From assembly GCA_946965045.2 (NCBI GenBank), contig OX337234.1, forward strand, positions 1,240,001 through 1,304,000: 64,000 nt of DNA, written 5' to 3'. This DNA comes from Epithemia pelagica. Taxonomy: Eukaryota; Protista; Bacillariophyta. This document shows, piece after piece, positions 10,490 to 22,834 of this stretch. Positions within the stretch are counted from its first letter, which is position 1. Each line of letters starts with the position of its first letter. A program made the position numbers and the translations under genes. Below the pieces are notes generated by a model. It searched no databases, was not told where the DNA came from, and saw only the letters and a list, made by a program, of their open reading frames with translations.

Positions 10490-12390
10490 GTTGGACCGCG
10501 ACAAGGACCGCTACGAAAATAATACATTTCGGCCAAACGCAGCGGTAAAAGACCATGTTGGCATTCGGTCCACAGTGATTGAGGATGCCGAATGACCAAG
10601 GTCCGAATATTATCGAATGGTCCCTTGTATCGACATGCCAAATGCAAAGGCGTGTAGCGACATCCATCTCCGTGCGTCCGATAAAAGACCCATTGGGGAT
10701 GGAGTCGTGTCAAATACTCCACCATTGACTCATTGTTGCTGGTGCTTACGGATTCGTCCAGAGCCCTTGTCGTAGTGTCTCGGGCGGCTTGTTCTTCTTC
10801 GGATTGGGAGTGTTGTTGCTCCTCCGTATCCAATTGCAGTCGTGTATGCGAATCATTTTCCATGGCCGCATAATGCAATAAGGTGGCACCCCATTGATCC
10901 ATCCAAAACACATCTTCTTCCATTCGACGAGGACGAAGTCGACCCGGATGGAATGTTTCTTGTTGCTGTTGTTGTTGTTGTTGCTGCTGTTCGTGTTGGT
11001 GCCACAACCAATCCAGGACGGCTGCGGTTTGATGGCGGGCGGCATAAAAAATGGGGGTACAAAATTTGGAATCTCGTACCACCAAGGTGGACGGAGCCAT
11101 CTGTATCAAATACTGCACAAGGGGTAAATTTCCAGTTTGACGGCACGCCAAATGCAAGGGTGTTCGACCCTTGTCATCGGCCGCCGAACAATACTCGTAT
11201 ACGAGGCTCGTGGGACGAATGGTATCATCATTATCATGGTTGCGGTTGTTGTTGTGACTGTTGTTGTCGTCGTCGTGGTTCCTTCTCGTGCCATTCGTCG
11301 ATATTGTGTCCGAGTTGATAGTCGCTTCTCGTTCTTGATGTTCTTGTTGCTGTTCCATCAAGGCCGCATGCAAATAGTGGACGACATTCATGGGTGCCTG
11401 TCCTCGTGCCACAATGTGCATGACATTCCATTGTTCAAAGGCACAGGGAGTGGTCAATCCCTGAGGCCACGAGGGGACCAATACTTGTTGCAGGAGTGGC
11501 AAACACTGTCGCTGAAAATACAAGGCCAAATGCAAGGGATACAAACCATCGAATCGAGGAAGCGACAAGGCTGGTGGATGGTGGCGATACAAAAATTGCA
11601 CCACAGGGATGGAGGCACCAAAGGTACAGGCATAGTGCAAGGGCAAACATCCCTTGCGAGATTCGCGTTGTCGAATCGCCGTTGGATAGGCCTGGTAGAC
11701 GGTCTGTACCAAGGGGAGGGGCGTTGCGGGGAAACAGGCCAAAATGGCCAAGAGGGTCAAGTGTCGTGTCGTACCATGATCCCATTGAAATTCATAGCGT
11801 TTGTGACACAGTCCTGGATACTGGTCGACCAACTGTGTGACAGCGGCAAAATTGACGCCGCAGTGTGGCGTGCCTACGTGTGGGAGGACTGGCAGTTGTT
11901 GTTGTTGTGGTTGTTGTTCCCCGTGAATGGGTGACGCGGCCAACCGATTGTCCAACAAATCCACCAAGACTCGTTCGGCCGCCAGTTCCTTGACAATGGC
12001 TTCGGCTCCCTTGGGAAGAGAGTGCCACCAACGACGGCTTCTTCTCTTTGGGGGTTGTGACGTGGCTGCTGTCACAATCCCCTCCACTGGTCGGTCTTTG
12101 TCGGAAACTTCCCACCATCGATCGTCATCGTCATCATCACTACTAGAACAGACCTTGTCGTCATGGGACGGTTCCGTTCGGCTGATGTGATGGTCCATAG
12201 AGTCTTGATGATTGTTCGTGGGGACGGAGGAGGAGGAATCCGTCGGATCAGTGTCCATACCGTTGCACTTGGAACAAGGAGCAGTCACGGAACGTGTGCT
12301 ACTGTAGGATTCGGTTTCCTTCGTGTGCATGGCAGGGGCTCCTGTAGTAGTTGCTGTATCGGAAACAGCCGTCGTCTCGTAGTTGGACAT
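10390..12390 (-). CDS. Ankyrin-repeat protein
   Basis: Repeated motifs GCLPLHYAC, GLYPLHLAL, GRTPLHLAC, TPIFYAA, GATLLHYAA, RYTPLHLAC; likely start MSNYETT at 12390 inside the 862-aa ORF. Confidence 0.85.
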   Translation of the reverse strand: MSNYETTAVSDTATTTGAPAMHTKETESYSSTRSVTAPCSKCNGMDTDPTDSSSSVPTNNHQDSMDHHISRTEPSHDDKVCSSSDDDDDDRWWEVSDKDRPVEGIVTAATSQPPKRRSRRWWHSLPKGAEAIVKELAAERVLVDLLDNRLAASPIHGEQQPQQQQLPVLPHVGTPHCGVNFAAVTQLVDQYPGLCHKRYEFQWDHGTTRHLTLLAILACFPATPLPLVQTVYQAYPTAIRQRESRKGCLPLHYACTFGASIPVVQFLYRHHPPALSLPRFDGLYPLHLALYFQRQCLPLLQQVLVPSWPQGLTTPCAFEQWNVMHIVARGQAPMNVVHYLHAALMEQQQEHQEREATINSDTISTNGTRRNHDDDNNSHNNNRNHDNDDTIRPTSLVYEYCSAADDKGRTPLHLACRQTGNLPLVQYLIQMAPSTLVVRDSKFCTPIFYAARHQTAAVLDWLWHQHEQQQQQQQQQQETFHPGRLRPRRMEEDVFWMDQWGATLLHYAAMENDSHTRLQLDTEEQQHSQSEEEQAARDTTTRALDESVSTSNNESMVEYLTRLHPQWVFYRTHGDGCRYTPLHLACRYKGPFDNIRTLVIRHPQSLWTECQHGLLPLRLAEMYYFRSGPCRGPTSTSRSPMVDERQHVLEFLRKQMELHPRPVDNI

Positions 12391-12835
12391 TCGATCGGTC
12401 ACGAACTCTTTTCTGAGACACCTTTGCACTCTAGTAGAGTATTGGGTCCAATCGAAAAACGAATAGAAAGAATAGAGTCTTTTGCCTGTGTTCTGATGAT
12501 GAGAATGATGAGAGAGGGTATAGAGATGTCCTCTCTCTTTTCTACCTCTCTCTTGAAACTTGAAAGGCCTCACTATTTTGGCAAGCCTTTGTCCGGCGTT
12601 TCTTACCCTCAGCGTCACTTTCCAGCGCGTGTCCAAGAACGTTACACCCTGCACTAAACGTAACCCGCTTGGGATACTATGCTTGCGGTTTCGCGACTGA
12701 ACACTGAACCAGAAATTTGGGCGTGGATGGCACAGACCCGTGTAACGTGTAACCCCCTGTAATGTAACACAAAAACTCGACGAAAGGGGCTTCCTCCAGA
12801 TTGCTGGCGAGGAAAGCAATGCTTTGAGCTTGACG

Positions 12836-14070
12836 ATGAATAAAGTGGTGACAGATATCGAACAAGTGGCTGCTTCCATAGAGCAGGTCGAGGCGGAAAT
12901 CACAAGACTTGCGCACGGATGGAAGATGAGAGATTGGCGAAGGAAGATGTGGCCTATTGGAGAAAAAAGGAGGAGCAATTACGAAAAAAGGAGGAGCAAT
13001 TGAGAGACAAAGAACTGTCTCTTGCTCTCAAGGTTATGGTGAAGGATGGAACAAATGAAGCCTTGAAGCGACTGGAATGCGAAAAAGTTCGAATGGACGA
13101 AGCAAAGTCAAAATGCCCAGACCAGGTCATGGGTGTTGAGGAGGACGGATTTCAGGATTTCGAAGATGGAGTTGTCATGTTGATGTCAAATGTCGGCAGG
13201 CACTATTCCAAGCTCGCGCCACAATACATTTTTGACTCTTTGATTAATCCTACACGAGAATGGCATCTTGCATGGCGACCCGCGCCTAGAAAATGTTGTT
13301 TGCGAGGATGGAAAACCTGTCTGGATTGATTTTGCTCAATCTTCCTTCGTCTTTGACAAATTTAGCATGGATGAGGAACGAGATCTTCTATCCCAAAATA
13401 TTGAAGAGAGATTCGGTCATAAATGTGGTGGTGTCGATTTCTGAGTAGTCTCGGCTATTTTTCACTATCGAGTGGAGAGAAACAATCGGAGCAATGGTTC
13501 GGTCGTTTTTGAAATGATGGCAACAACTAGTACCAAAACTGCATTCAAAGGCAGCAGCGCACTCAACATTTCATGGCCTATCCGCAAGGATCCACACTCA
13601 ATTGTCTTGCGTGCATCAATACAGATTCCTCCATCCACTGGTGCGCAACATCTCATGGAGATATCCCACCTGTATTTGGTACCGACTTTCCTCCGGAGGG
13701 CCAGCCCAGGAGCTCCAGGAACCGCCGTTCGAACCACCCACCTCTTTTCTTCGTATTGTAGGCTTGCAACACGAATTCTTGTCAGCAGAAGAACTCGAAA
13801 ACAGGATTCTCAAAGAAATTTCTTTGTTGTGTCCGTCATTCTCATCGCAAAGAGAGGTCTTCTCTTGGGATAAGCAAACTAGGAAAGAGGGTGCAACTCC
13901 CTTCTTTTGATGGTGCTGTGTTGGGCAAGAACTGGGTCGTCCATTGTCCAAATGGGTCTGGAGACGAGTGTCACCTCCCCTCCAATACCGCGTCTTTCAA
14001 TCGACAGGCAAGGACGAGTGTTTGTCATTCGCGGTATGTTCGATGTCGCTTGCGCAATGACTGCATTGGG
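12836..14070 (+). pseudogene. Frameshifted remnant with coiled-coil header (IEQVEAEI...YWRKKEEQLRKKEEQLRDKE), Crinkler-like family suspected
   Basis: MNKVVTDIEQVAASIEQVEAEITRL at 12836 shifts frame into the 12919-13329 ORF. Protein-like fragments continue in different frames to about 14070 (FDGAVLGKN). Confidence 0.45.
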
Positions 14071-14634
14071 TAGTTGAGATTTATGAGAGAATAAGCAAGT
14101 GCAAAGCATGTAGTACACTTTGCGTGGCACAGACTCGAACACAAGGAAAGAAAAGCCGACAATTTTGGCCTTGAGCGAAACTTTCCATGATAGATATGAT
14201 TTGGTCATGCAGGCCTCGCGGATGATGCGAACAAAAACTAAAAACAAAGAGTCATCCTCGTGTGGTCATCTTGAAATCATGTGGGGCCGGCCGACTTTCT
14301 CGATTTCTCGTCTTGCGACAGTTGCCATATAGATAATACAATAGTACAATAGCAGTCCCGAATTCCGCGTTCCCGCCCCCCGTCCCCCAGCCTTTGGTAC
14401 CCAAAAGATACTTTTCGACTGTAGACGGGAAGTGTACCATACACGGATTGGATGAATATTTCCGTTGCCTCTTTGATAAATAGCGGACGAGGTGCGAGCA
14501 AGACCGCCCACTGCCAAATCCCACTTCTTTCGGTCTTTGTCGTGTTTCCCCTCCCCACCAAAAGAGCGCAGCATTTTCTCCCTCTCTGGTTTGGTTCGAT
14601 AGAGGAATAGGCAGAGTATCTTGACACGATCGAG

Positions 14635-17600
14635 ATGCCAAACCTGGGCACCCTTCAAACGATTGCCGGCGAATGGCAGCCAAATTCCATCATGCCAACG
14701 GCCAAAGATGAAAGAATGGTACCATCCGACACCATGCACGACATGAATCATCACTACACAAAGAACACGATTCACAGTAGTGGCAGTTGCCGAGCAACCA
14801 ATAAGCACGATACAATAGTATCATCTTCGCCATCACAATCACCCTCTGCTTCAATGCCTCCACAGCATTTTGGCAGCATCCGCGATAGTCACCACCACAG
14901 ACAAAACAACTATACCAGCAAGAACGACGAGCGGACAACATCATCACCTAGTGTCGTGCTCGATCTCGACGGTCTCTTATTTCAAATGCCTCGCGTTTCC
15001 AATGCTTTGAGCTATGATTACAGTTCCATTTCGTCCCGAGGAAGTATAAGCAGTTGTAGTCGAGGAGGAGGAGGAGGAGGTCCCAGTCGACGCGTCGAAG
15101 TCTCCCCTCTCGTTGTGAGAAGGAGAAGGACCACCATCTCGAGTCTCCAAGATCAGCAACAACATCAGCAGCAACAACAACGCCCTCCTTCGCCTCTGTA
15201 TTTTCAAATGGAATTCCTGGCCACGGCGGAAGAAGCGCATCGGATTACACGCTTGCATCGCGTCCTTTCCAAATTGAGTTTTTGGAATACGCAATCGTTG
15301 GTCCATACCAAACCACCCCGAAATACTACTACAGCGCCTCTCCCACAACCACGCCGAAGCTTTCGACGATCCACACCTCGTCGCAAACGGTCCAGCAAAC
15401 AACGCACCAGCAAACAGCAACAACAGCAGCAACTCATTGAAGTGGTGCCTCCTCATTCACCGCCCTTGCCCTTTTTGTCCTTGTCTCCCAATTCTTCGGG
15501 AAAGAACAATAACAACAACAACAAACTCCCTCCTCGTCCCTTGAATCACACCTTTTCCAACACCACCACAACCACCCATAGCAGCACCGATTCCAGTAGC
15601 GGTGGTGGTGGTGGAGGTACGGTTGGGTGGAGTCATTCGTCTTCCCATACGAGTAGTAATACCAGTAGTTCCCACCGTGCCGGAAGAAGAGGAGGACGGC
15701 GCCCAGAGGAGGAAGAAGAAGAAGAGGAAGAAGATTCCATTCACTTGCTTGCACCACCACACCCAGCCACGTCGTCGTACGAACCCATTGTTTCCGCCTC
15801 GGCCGAATGGTACGATACCGACGATGACGATCATGTGGTGTTGTTATCAGCTCAGGATAACAACCACCAATGGGAACCAGATCAAGCACAACAAGACTCG
15901 GAAGAACAAGGCAATTTGGAAGCCATTTGGTACCCCAAATGGCGCATGTTGGACGAAAGCCTTCCGGAAGAGACTCCTTCCATTCTCATTTTGGAAGAAG
16001 AAGAAGACGACGACGAGCAAGAGGATGACCAAGAGCAACCTATATCTCAAGATCCCAAGGAACAACATCGAATTATGCATGATCTGGAAATCCTATCCGA
16101 AGCCTTTACCTCCAAAAACTCGACGACCAATCACCAGGACGATCATCCTCCCCATTCGCTGCAGTGGGTGGACGAGGAAGATGGTGCAGGGGTGTTGGTG
16201 GCACCCACCGGTGCCACGTGTCCCACTTCCTCCCCGGATACCACTTCTTCCCGTACCACCTTGCAAAAGGATTGGTCCGTCTGGTTGAGTGTTCGCAAGC
16301 GTTGGAAGAATACCGTGCAAGGTGTCTTTTCGTCGTCCAGCAAAAAGACCATGCCCCAAGACAAAGATCCGCAACACCAAGGAGGCGCCTCCCGCGACAA
16401 GAGGCCGACAACGCAGTCGGGGACACGCAAGACATCGCTACGAGTGCCACGCAGAGACCGCAAGAAACAACCGCAACAACAACATGAAGAAACTACAGAA
16501 AGGCAGGAACATGACAAGGAAGGACCCGGCATGGCTCCCACATTAACAACCCAAGAGCTCGATGCCCCGTCCTCCCGAACTCTGTTACTCGACGATCATT
16601 ACAATCAAGTGGTTGTCGCTGCCCATGAACGACGATCGTCCTTTTCCTCTTTACCGAGTATCGAAGAAACAGTCGATGACACCAAGATTGGATTGTCACC
16701 AACCTCCAAGACAGTCGTATCCTCCGTGGTAGTATCTCCCCCCACGCATCATACACGCAGCAGCAGCTCTTCGGGCAACAGTTTTCGTTCCACCTTGATG
16801 AGATTGAATTGTTCACGCGATGAACAGGGGAAGGAATCCCTGGAAATGCATTGGCCATTGTTTGATCTCGACGATGATGAGGATGAAGAGGAAGAAGAGA
16901 TTGAAAAGGTGTCACCTGCGGAAAAGAGACAAGTTCCTACCGAGTCCACCACAACGGATCCACCCTCAAGTACGGATTTTGGGGAACTGAATGCACTCTC
17001 GTCGTCCTTGGTGACGTCCCATTCCCTGGAATGTTCAGCCTTGGCCGTCACGGTGGATCCCCAGGACCATTGTGCTCAGTTGGTCATGGTACCATCGACG
17101 GAGGATACCAACGCCTCCAACCACCAAACAACGACACCACCTGCTCATGCCTCCCAAATTACGGATTCCATCGCCCTGGCTCCATCGCCTTCGTGTATGA
17201 GCGATGCAGTGCTTAGTGGACTCGGTTTGGATCGTGTTGTGAGTTTCCCCTTTTCAGTGTCCAAATTCAACACGATGGAAAGCACAGATCAGATAAACCT
17301 CGAGGAAATAGGTTCGAACGACAACCCAGACCAAAGCCCAGCTCAGGACAAGGAAAATGAAAAGAACTCCACGGATACTGCTGCGAAGAACAAGGGTACA
17401 AAAGGGGGTTGTGAAACCAACAACGACAGGAATAAATCGACTTTGCGCTCTGCTCTTCACGTGAGATCGTCATCTGGTACCGCGAGAGAACCAGACGGTC
17501 GCTATCATCGAGTGGAATCTCCGGCATTCCCCCTTCAGAATGCAAACAGCTCCAAAAGGGAAGAAGATATCCCACTTTCTCCTCCGAAGAGACCTTCTGG

Positions 17601-18471
17601 TATCCAACGTCTATACGACTTTGCGCTAGACGCTGCAGCAGCTGCTGCCTCCGCTACTACTGGCAGGAGAGACGAGTCGCTCCCTGGCAACGAGACACCG
17701 GTAGCGCGCGCACGGAGGCTGGCTTTTATGCCTTCAGAGCAGCAACAAACCACTGCTCAAAAGCAAACGTCCAACCCTGTACAAGCACAGCAAGCAAGGT
17801 TGTCAACTTCATTCAGTACTCTGGACTCATTGCTTTGGACGGAGCAATCTGGGCCCACTTTTTCTCCGGTACCAGTTAATGTTCCTTTTGATGAACCTCC
17901 TTCGCAAGAACGAGACCCACTCTCAGAAAGAGAAATAAGAATCACATCACCAAATGTGAGGGCCCATACCCAGTCGAAGGACGCTCATCAACAACGGGGC
18001 TTGTTCGACATGGTTAACACCCGTGTTCTTGAGCCTATCATGAACTACACTCTCAATGAAGACATACCACACATGTGTGGACCCCCTCCAACATCGTCCA
18101 ATCATGAGAAGCATCCAACGTCTACATCGCCTTCATCATCTCTGTCCATGTCACCATTGGCACGTCATCCCGCACCTATCTCCAAGGCTGCAACTGCATC
18201 CCCTTACCGCAATGGTTCCCATTTTCGAAGTGCTAGAATGAATGGAATGCCGGAAGCAACTTCTTACGAACGGCCTCCACCGCCCGCCTATGCATGTTAT
18301 CCATTTGGTGGCGACAACGACAGCAGCACCTACAACACCTCATTGTATGAAACCCCCCAGAGACCCAAACAGTATTCCCAGAATCAATATTCAAGCCATC
18401 ATTATGTCCCTTCTTCGACGCCTTCTTCCGGAACGACTACACGCGTGAGTAGTCTCACTTCGATCCCGTAA
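14635..18471 (+). CDS. Large, mostly disordered low-complexity hypothetical protein (1278 aa)
   Basis: 3.8-kb uninterrupted ORF rich in S/T/Q/E/P runs; no recognisable domain. Confidence 0.7.
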   Translation: MPNLGTLQTIAGEWQPNSIMPTAKDERMVPSDTMHDMNHHYTKNTIHSSGSCRATNKHDTIVSSSPSQSPSASMPPQHFGSIRDSHHHRQNNYTSKNDERTTSSPSVVLDLDGLLFQMPRVSNALSYDYSSISSRGSISSCSRGGGGGGPSRRVEVSPLVVRRRRTTISSLQDQQQHQQQQQRPPSPLYFQMEFLATAEEAHRITRLHRVLSKLSFWNTQSLVHTKPPRNTTTAPLPQPRRSFRRSTPRRKRSSKQRTSKQQQQQQLIEVVPPHSPPLPFLSLSPNSSGKNNNNNNKLPPRPLNHTFSNTTTTTHSSTDSSSGGGGGGTVGWSHSSSHTSSNTSSSHRAGRRGGRRPEEEEEEEEEDSIHLLAPPHPATSSYEPIVSASAEWYDTDDDDHVVLLSAQDNNHQWEPDQAQQDSEEQGNLEAIWYPKWRMLDESLPEETPSILILEEEEDDDEQEDDQEQPISQDPKEQHRIMHDLEILSEAFTSKNSTTNHQDDHPPHSLQWVDEEDGAGVLVAPTGATCPTSSPDTTSSRTTLQKDWSVWLSVRKRWKNTVQGVFSSSSKKTMPQDKDPQHQGGASRDKRPTTQSGTRKTSLRVPRRDRKKQPQQQHEETTERQEHDKEGPGMAPTLTTQELDAPSSRTLLLDDHYNQVVVAAHERRSSFSSLPSIEETVDDTKIGLSPTSKTVVSSVVVSPPTHHTRSSSSSGNSFRSTLMRLNCSRDEQGKESLEMHWPLFDLDDDEDEEEEEIEKVSPAEKRQVPTESTTTDPPSSTDFGELNALSSSLVTSHSLECSALAVTVDPQDHCAQLVMVPSTEDTNASNHQTTTPPAHASQITDSIALAPSPSCMSDAVLSGLGLDRVVSFPFSVSKFNTMESTDQINLEEIGSNDNPDQSPAQDKENEKNSTDTAAKNKGTKGGCETNNDRNKSTLRSALHVRSSSGTAREPDGRYHRVESPAFPLQNANSSKREEDIPLSPPKRPSGIQRLYDFALDAAAAAASATTGRRDESLPGNETPVARARRLAFMPSEQQQTTAQKQTSNPVQAQQARLSTSFSTLDSLLWTEQSGPTFSPVPVNVPFDEPPSQERDPLSEREIRITSPNVRAHTQSKDAHQQRGLFDMVNTRVLEPIMNYTLNEDIPHMCGPPPTSSNHEKHPTSTSPSSSLSMSPLARHPAPISKAATASPYRNGSHFRSARMNGMPEATSYERPPPPAYACYPFGGDNDSSTYNTSLYETPQRPKQYSQNQYSSHHYVPSSTPSSGTTTRVSSLTSIP

Positions 18472-18884
18472 GAACCGGTAGACGCTTTTTTCATGTACAA
18501 AATGATCCTATGTTTAGCTTCTTCGTGCAATTCATAGGCACTATGTACGTTCCAAGTGTCCCTGGTAGTCTGTGTGGTTTTCTTGGAAGAGAGATTGATC
18601 TTCTTCATCCCTTTCCGCGAGTAAGGGCTTGATCTGTATCTGTATACTTACCGTCTTTGAAAGATTCCCAAAGAAAACAAGGGTGCCAAAAGGAACGAAG
18701 CAGTTCTACCTGAACTTGTTACAAGTGCGTCATTCATTCTCTCACGTATCATGTGATTCAAAGCAGTTTTTAACCTTCTCTATCACCAAATGTTAAGAAT
18801 CATCTCAGCCGCGAATCTCATCATTATCATCATCCGGATTCACATGATCTAGAGATAAATTACATAGTGCCAGTGCAACACGGT

Positions 18885-20156
18885 TTACTGACCGTAAAAC
18901 GAGTCATCGTCGTTGTTGTTACTGCTATTGTTGTTTTCGCGAAATGATATCATGTTGTGGTGATTTTCTTTGAAGCTTGCATTGGTGACGAGGGATATTG
19001 CATCATGAGGCTTGTACATCTTTTCTTCTGGCCGTGCCGTAACTCTTCTGATGTAGTCCACCACTTCGTGGCTTTCATTGTACAGTAGAGCCAAATCGAG
19101 AGGAGTATGACCATCGCCAGTTAGCATGACCAATGCTTTAGGTGCGTATTGGACGAGGAGTTTAATATTTTCGAGATTGTCTGAGAAGCGACATGAGCTA
19201 TGCAGGGGCGTGTATCGGTCCGTACAAAGAGTGGGAGTGACGGCCATTTCGGGATGTCGCTCCAACAAAAACCGGACGACATCGGCTGTATTATCCTTAG
19301 CGGCATAGTGCAACAGCGTTGCACCCACTTCATCCCTGGGAGGGTTGGTCGGCAATAGCAATTGGATCACTTCCAGCGTCTGATTTCTCGCTGCTCGAAA
19401 TAAAGGTGTATCGCGATCGCTATCCTCCATATGCAATGCTTCCGGTGCTGCCTCAAACAAGAACTTTACCACAGGCAAGTTTCCTTTCTTCCAACAAGCT
19501 TGATGTAACGGAGTACGTTTCTTGGTATCAAGGGTGAGAATGTCTTTGGAATTCAACTCATAGAGACGTTTCATCACTTCAAGAGTGGCCTGTCCGTTTG
19601 CCGCGTGATGCAAGACGGACCATTTGTCTTCATCGTACCTTTCGACTGCCTGAGGACATGCCTCAATCAAGTGTTGAATAATTTCAAATTGCGCCTTGAA
19701 GAAGACGGCAAGGTGGAGCGTCAATGTGCCATCGTTCCGAGGAGTCCAGAGACTCGATGGATTGTGCTCAATCAAAAAATTGATCACCTCCATGGATGCC
19801 CCGAAGGTACAGGCATAATCAATAACCTTGGTTCCCTTTTCTGAATCTTCCACTCGAATGGCTTCTGGATAAAGATGGTATATTGCTTTGACTGTATCCA
19901 ACGAGGGATCGAGACAGCACACAATGGAGAGCGGTATCAAGTCTCTGGATCCTCCAGACTCCCGACGAACCGGAAATGTCTCTCGACAAAGACCTGGAGA
20001 TTTCTCCAATGCCGCACGAATCGCCGCTTTGTCCACGGATCCAAACCGCTTCACCTCGTCCATGGAAAGGACCATGAAACTCACAAGTTGTGAAAAGGCC
20101 TGGCGGTCGCCCTCCGAAACAGGCTGGCCACTGGAAGCTGATTCCTGTGCGTTCAT
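18885..20156 (-). CDS. Ankyrin-repeat protein, paralog of 10390-12390
   Basis: Motifs IDYACTFGAS, GTLTLHLAV, KRTPLHQAC, DTPLFRAA, GATLLHYAA, RYTPLHSSCR, GHTPLDLA occur in the same order as in the upstream ankyrin gene; likely start MNAQES at 20156. Confidence 0.88.
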   Translation of the reverse strand: MNAQESASSGQPVSEGDRQAFSQLVSFMVLSMDEVKRFGSVDKAAIRAALEKSPGLCRETFPVRRESGGSRDLIPLSIVCCLDPSLDTVKAIYHLYPEAIRVEDSEKGTKVIDYACTFGASMEVINFLIEHNPSSLWTPRNDGTLTLHLAVFFKAQFEIIQHLIEACPQAVERYDEDKWSVLHHAANGQATLEVMKRLYELNSKDILTLDTKKRTPLHQACWKKGNLPVVKFLFEAAPEALHMEDSDRDTPLFRAARNQTLEVIQLLLPTNPPRDEVGATLLHYAAKDNTADVVRFLLERHPEMAVTPTLCTDRYTPLHSSCRFSDNLENIKLLVQYAPKALVMLTGDGHTPLDLALLYNESHEVVDYIRRVTARPEEKMYKPHDAISLVTNASFKENHHNMISFRENNNSSNNNDDDSFYGQ

Positions 20157-20682
20157 TTTCGTTCCTAGTGGTCCTTTTCGATACCAAATCTCTCTGTGGA
20201 GTCGTTGTATTTCGATTACTTTCTGTGCTCTCAATTCAACTTCTGTACCCTGCTGCTCCCAAGACGAGAGCTAGAGATGTCAGTGTTATGGATTATGGAA
20301 GTCTTCCCCGGTCCACAAATGACATTAGTCCTCCCATCCGCAGTCGCGCAAGAACAATAGCTCGCCCGCCGCTCATCGCGCAGGCGAGCCTCTCAGTAGT
20401 TCGCCGGGCGGCAAAGTTTGTGCGTTCAACGCATGAACAACATCTCTTGGACGCGATTTTCAAGTGTCGCATCAAGGCTCCATGGTTGGTTGTTGAATGT
20501 TTTACAGGTTCGCTGAAACGAGTGCCCGTACGAACGAACGTGAACTGACAGCGGCTTTTCTGATTCCATTTCGACACTGGACAAGACATTCACGATTCCT
20601 CAACAGCCGGCATAATCAATCATCTCGAGAGGAAGGAGAAGGAGGCGGGGTGTATCATTTCTGGAGAACGATATACGCAGTG

Positions 20683-21054
20683 ATGAACCAGAATCCAGAT
20701 GAAGCGTCGAATCGCTCAGCAAGCTTCCCCCAGAAAGAGGACGAAGAAGAAAACCATGAGAAAGGTGGTTGCACTGAGTTGATTCGAGTCTACATGACCC
20801 TTGTCCTTCTCGTGGCATCGATTATCAATCAAAACCGCAAGTCCCCAAACAAAGGAGAGCCTCCTCGCACCTCCACAACGAGAACCTCTCGCGTCTCTCC
20901 GACAACAATTCGTTCTTCCGCAACCTCCATTCCACGGTCCTCCATGACAAACACTCCGCGGTCTTCCGTTTCACGAACGCCTCGTTCCTCCATGGCTCAG
21001 TACGACTACAATGCATACAACAACTCACTGGGAAACAGTGTGCTTCGCTTTTGA
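20683..21054 (+). CDS. Small hypothetical protein with hydrophobic segment and repeated PRSS motifs
   Basis: ATG at 20683; LIRVYMTLVLLVASII followed by three PRSS units. Confidence 0.3.
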   Translation: MNQNPDEASNRSASFPQKEDEEENHEKGGCTELIRVYMTLVLLVASIINQNRKSPNKGEPPRTSTTRTSRVSPTTIRSSATSIPRSSMTNTPRSSVSRTPRSSMAQYDYNAYNNSLGNSVLRF

Positions 21055-21643
21055 CTGAATGAGCGCTGCGTTGTCGACACGATTTTGGAACAAACGAGAA
21101 TGATTGGGACCTGCTCACGCATGAAGCAAAAGTTGGGTCGATCCACAACCGCCAACGTGCGGCGAGTCGGTATACAACAACAACAATAACCACCTGTGGT
21201 CATGGTGGAAAAATGTCAGAATAACTCCACCGTTGTCTCAGGACAAAAAGCTTTTGCGTGTGACCCTTAACCACAACCCCTGGTCTATGGACACGACCAA
21301 CGACACCTTGTAGAATTCGCTATCTAGAGATGCAAACAAACGGCGCGGGACGACGCTATAGATCCGTGTCACTCCAGCTAGGACGATAGATTGTAAACGT
21401 CCAACACAAAATAGTGAAATTATGTTTAGGCAGACATTCTACCATCCTAGTGACAGACAAATGTTCGCGAGTTTTTTTGCATCGGAATGTTTGGCGCAAA
21501 TTCAAAACGGTGTCAAAAGAGAAATACAAAATTTGGACACTTTGTATGTTGGGTCCACGCCAGGTGTTTTGAACAAAGATGCAAAGGACCTGTGAAAACA
21601 GTTTTCATTGCAATTGGACTACAATACATGTTGAATTTGTCCT

Positions 21644-22834
21644 TCAATCAAACACAGCCATTGCCATGTCGCCCCACCAGTCTTCTGGTCGAAAATAACG
21701 AAAGTTGCGGATCCCCAGTTTCGATATTTGCTCCATTTCGTCGTTTGACAGTTTGATGTTCGCGTTTGTGGATTCCAAATTGGTTTTCAAGTGTTGAATC
21801 GAGCTGGCCTTGGCCACGACACTGGTTCCTCGTTGAACGGCCCACGCCAAGGCAATTTGCGCCACGGTACAATTGTGGGTCTGAGCCACTTGGGTCAACA
21901 CTGGATCCTCCAACAAGGTTGGTTCTTGTGCCTCCTTGTACCCCGGTGTCCCCAGGGGACTGTACGCTTGATAATGGACACCTCGCGCTTGACAATAGGA
22001 CAGCAGTTTGGTTTGTGGCAAGTAGGGATGTCCCTCACATTGATTGACGGCCGGGGGGATGCGACTTTGGGTCAAGAGTTCATGCAACAAGGAGACGGGA
22101 AAGTTGGATACACCAATGTACTTTACCAATCCTTCCTCAACCAGTGCTTCCATGGCAAGCCAGGTTTCATGGATACTCACGGTCGTGTCAATGCGGTTGC
22201 CGTCGTCGCTTTCATCAATTTCCTCGTCGGGAAATCCCCGTTCGTGGGGATTAATCGGGACATAGTCAAAGGCCACGGGCCAATGAATAAGGTACAAATC
22301 CAAATAGTCCAAACGAAGATTGTTGAGAGTTTTTTGCAAGGCCAACTTGACATGTTCCTGTCGATGAAAGGGAGAAGCCAATTTGCTCACAACAAACAAG
22401 TCGTCACGTTGCACCAATCCGTCCTCCAAGGCACTGTGCAATCCATCGCCAACGGCATCTTCGTTAAAGTAGACCGGTGCACAATCAATCTACCACCAAG
22501 AATCATCATTTCACAGATGAAATGCGACAAGGCGACAAAGATGAGAACGATGTATTGGGAAAGGCAACACATGTCGTCGTCGTCATGTGGTGCGTACCCT
22601 TCGATATCCCAATTCAATGGCCGTTCGAATCACCTGAGGTGTCTCCGAGGGAGTGATTCCCAATGTTCCCAATCCGATCGGATGCAATTCACGAAGCATG
22701 GCGTCGCATGTGTTTGTGTCAGGCACCGTCATGGCTGCTGCTGCTGCTGTGGAGGAAAAGGAGGCCGCCGCTAGAATCGACTGCAGAGACTGCTTCCAGA
22801 ATTGCCGTCGACTGGTGCACCGATGAAGCAACAT
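21644..22834 (-). CDS. Aldo-keto reductase, two exons (intron 22490-22597)
   Basis: IGLGT...AIELGYRR|IDCAPVYFNE, LFVVSKL, LRLDYLDLYLIHWP, VKYIGVSNF, NQCEGHPY, AYSPLG; canonical GT...AG junctions keep the frame. Confidence 0.92.
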
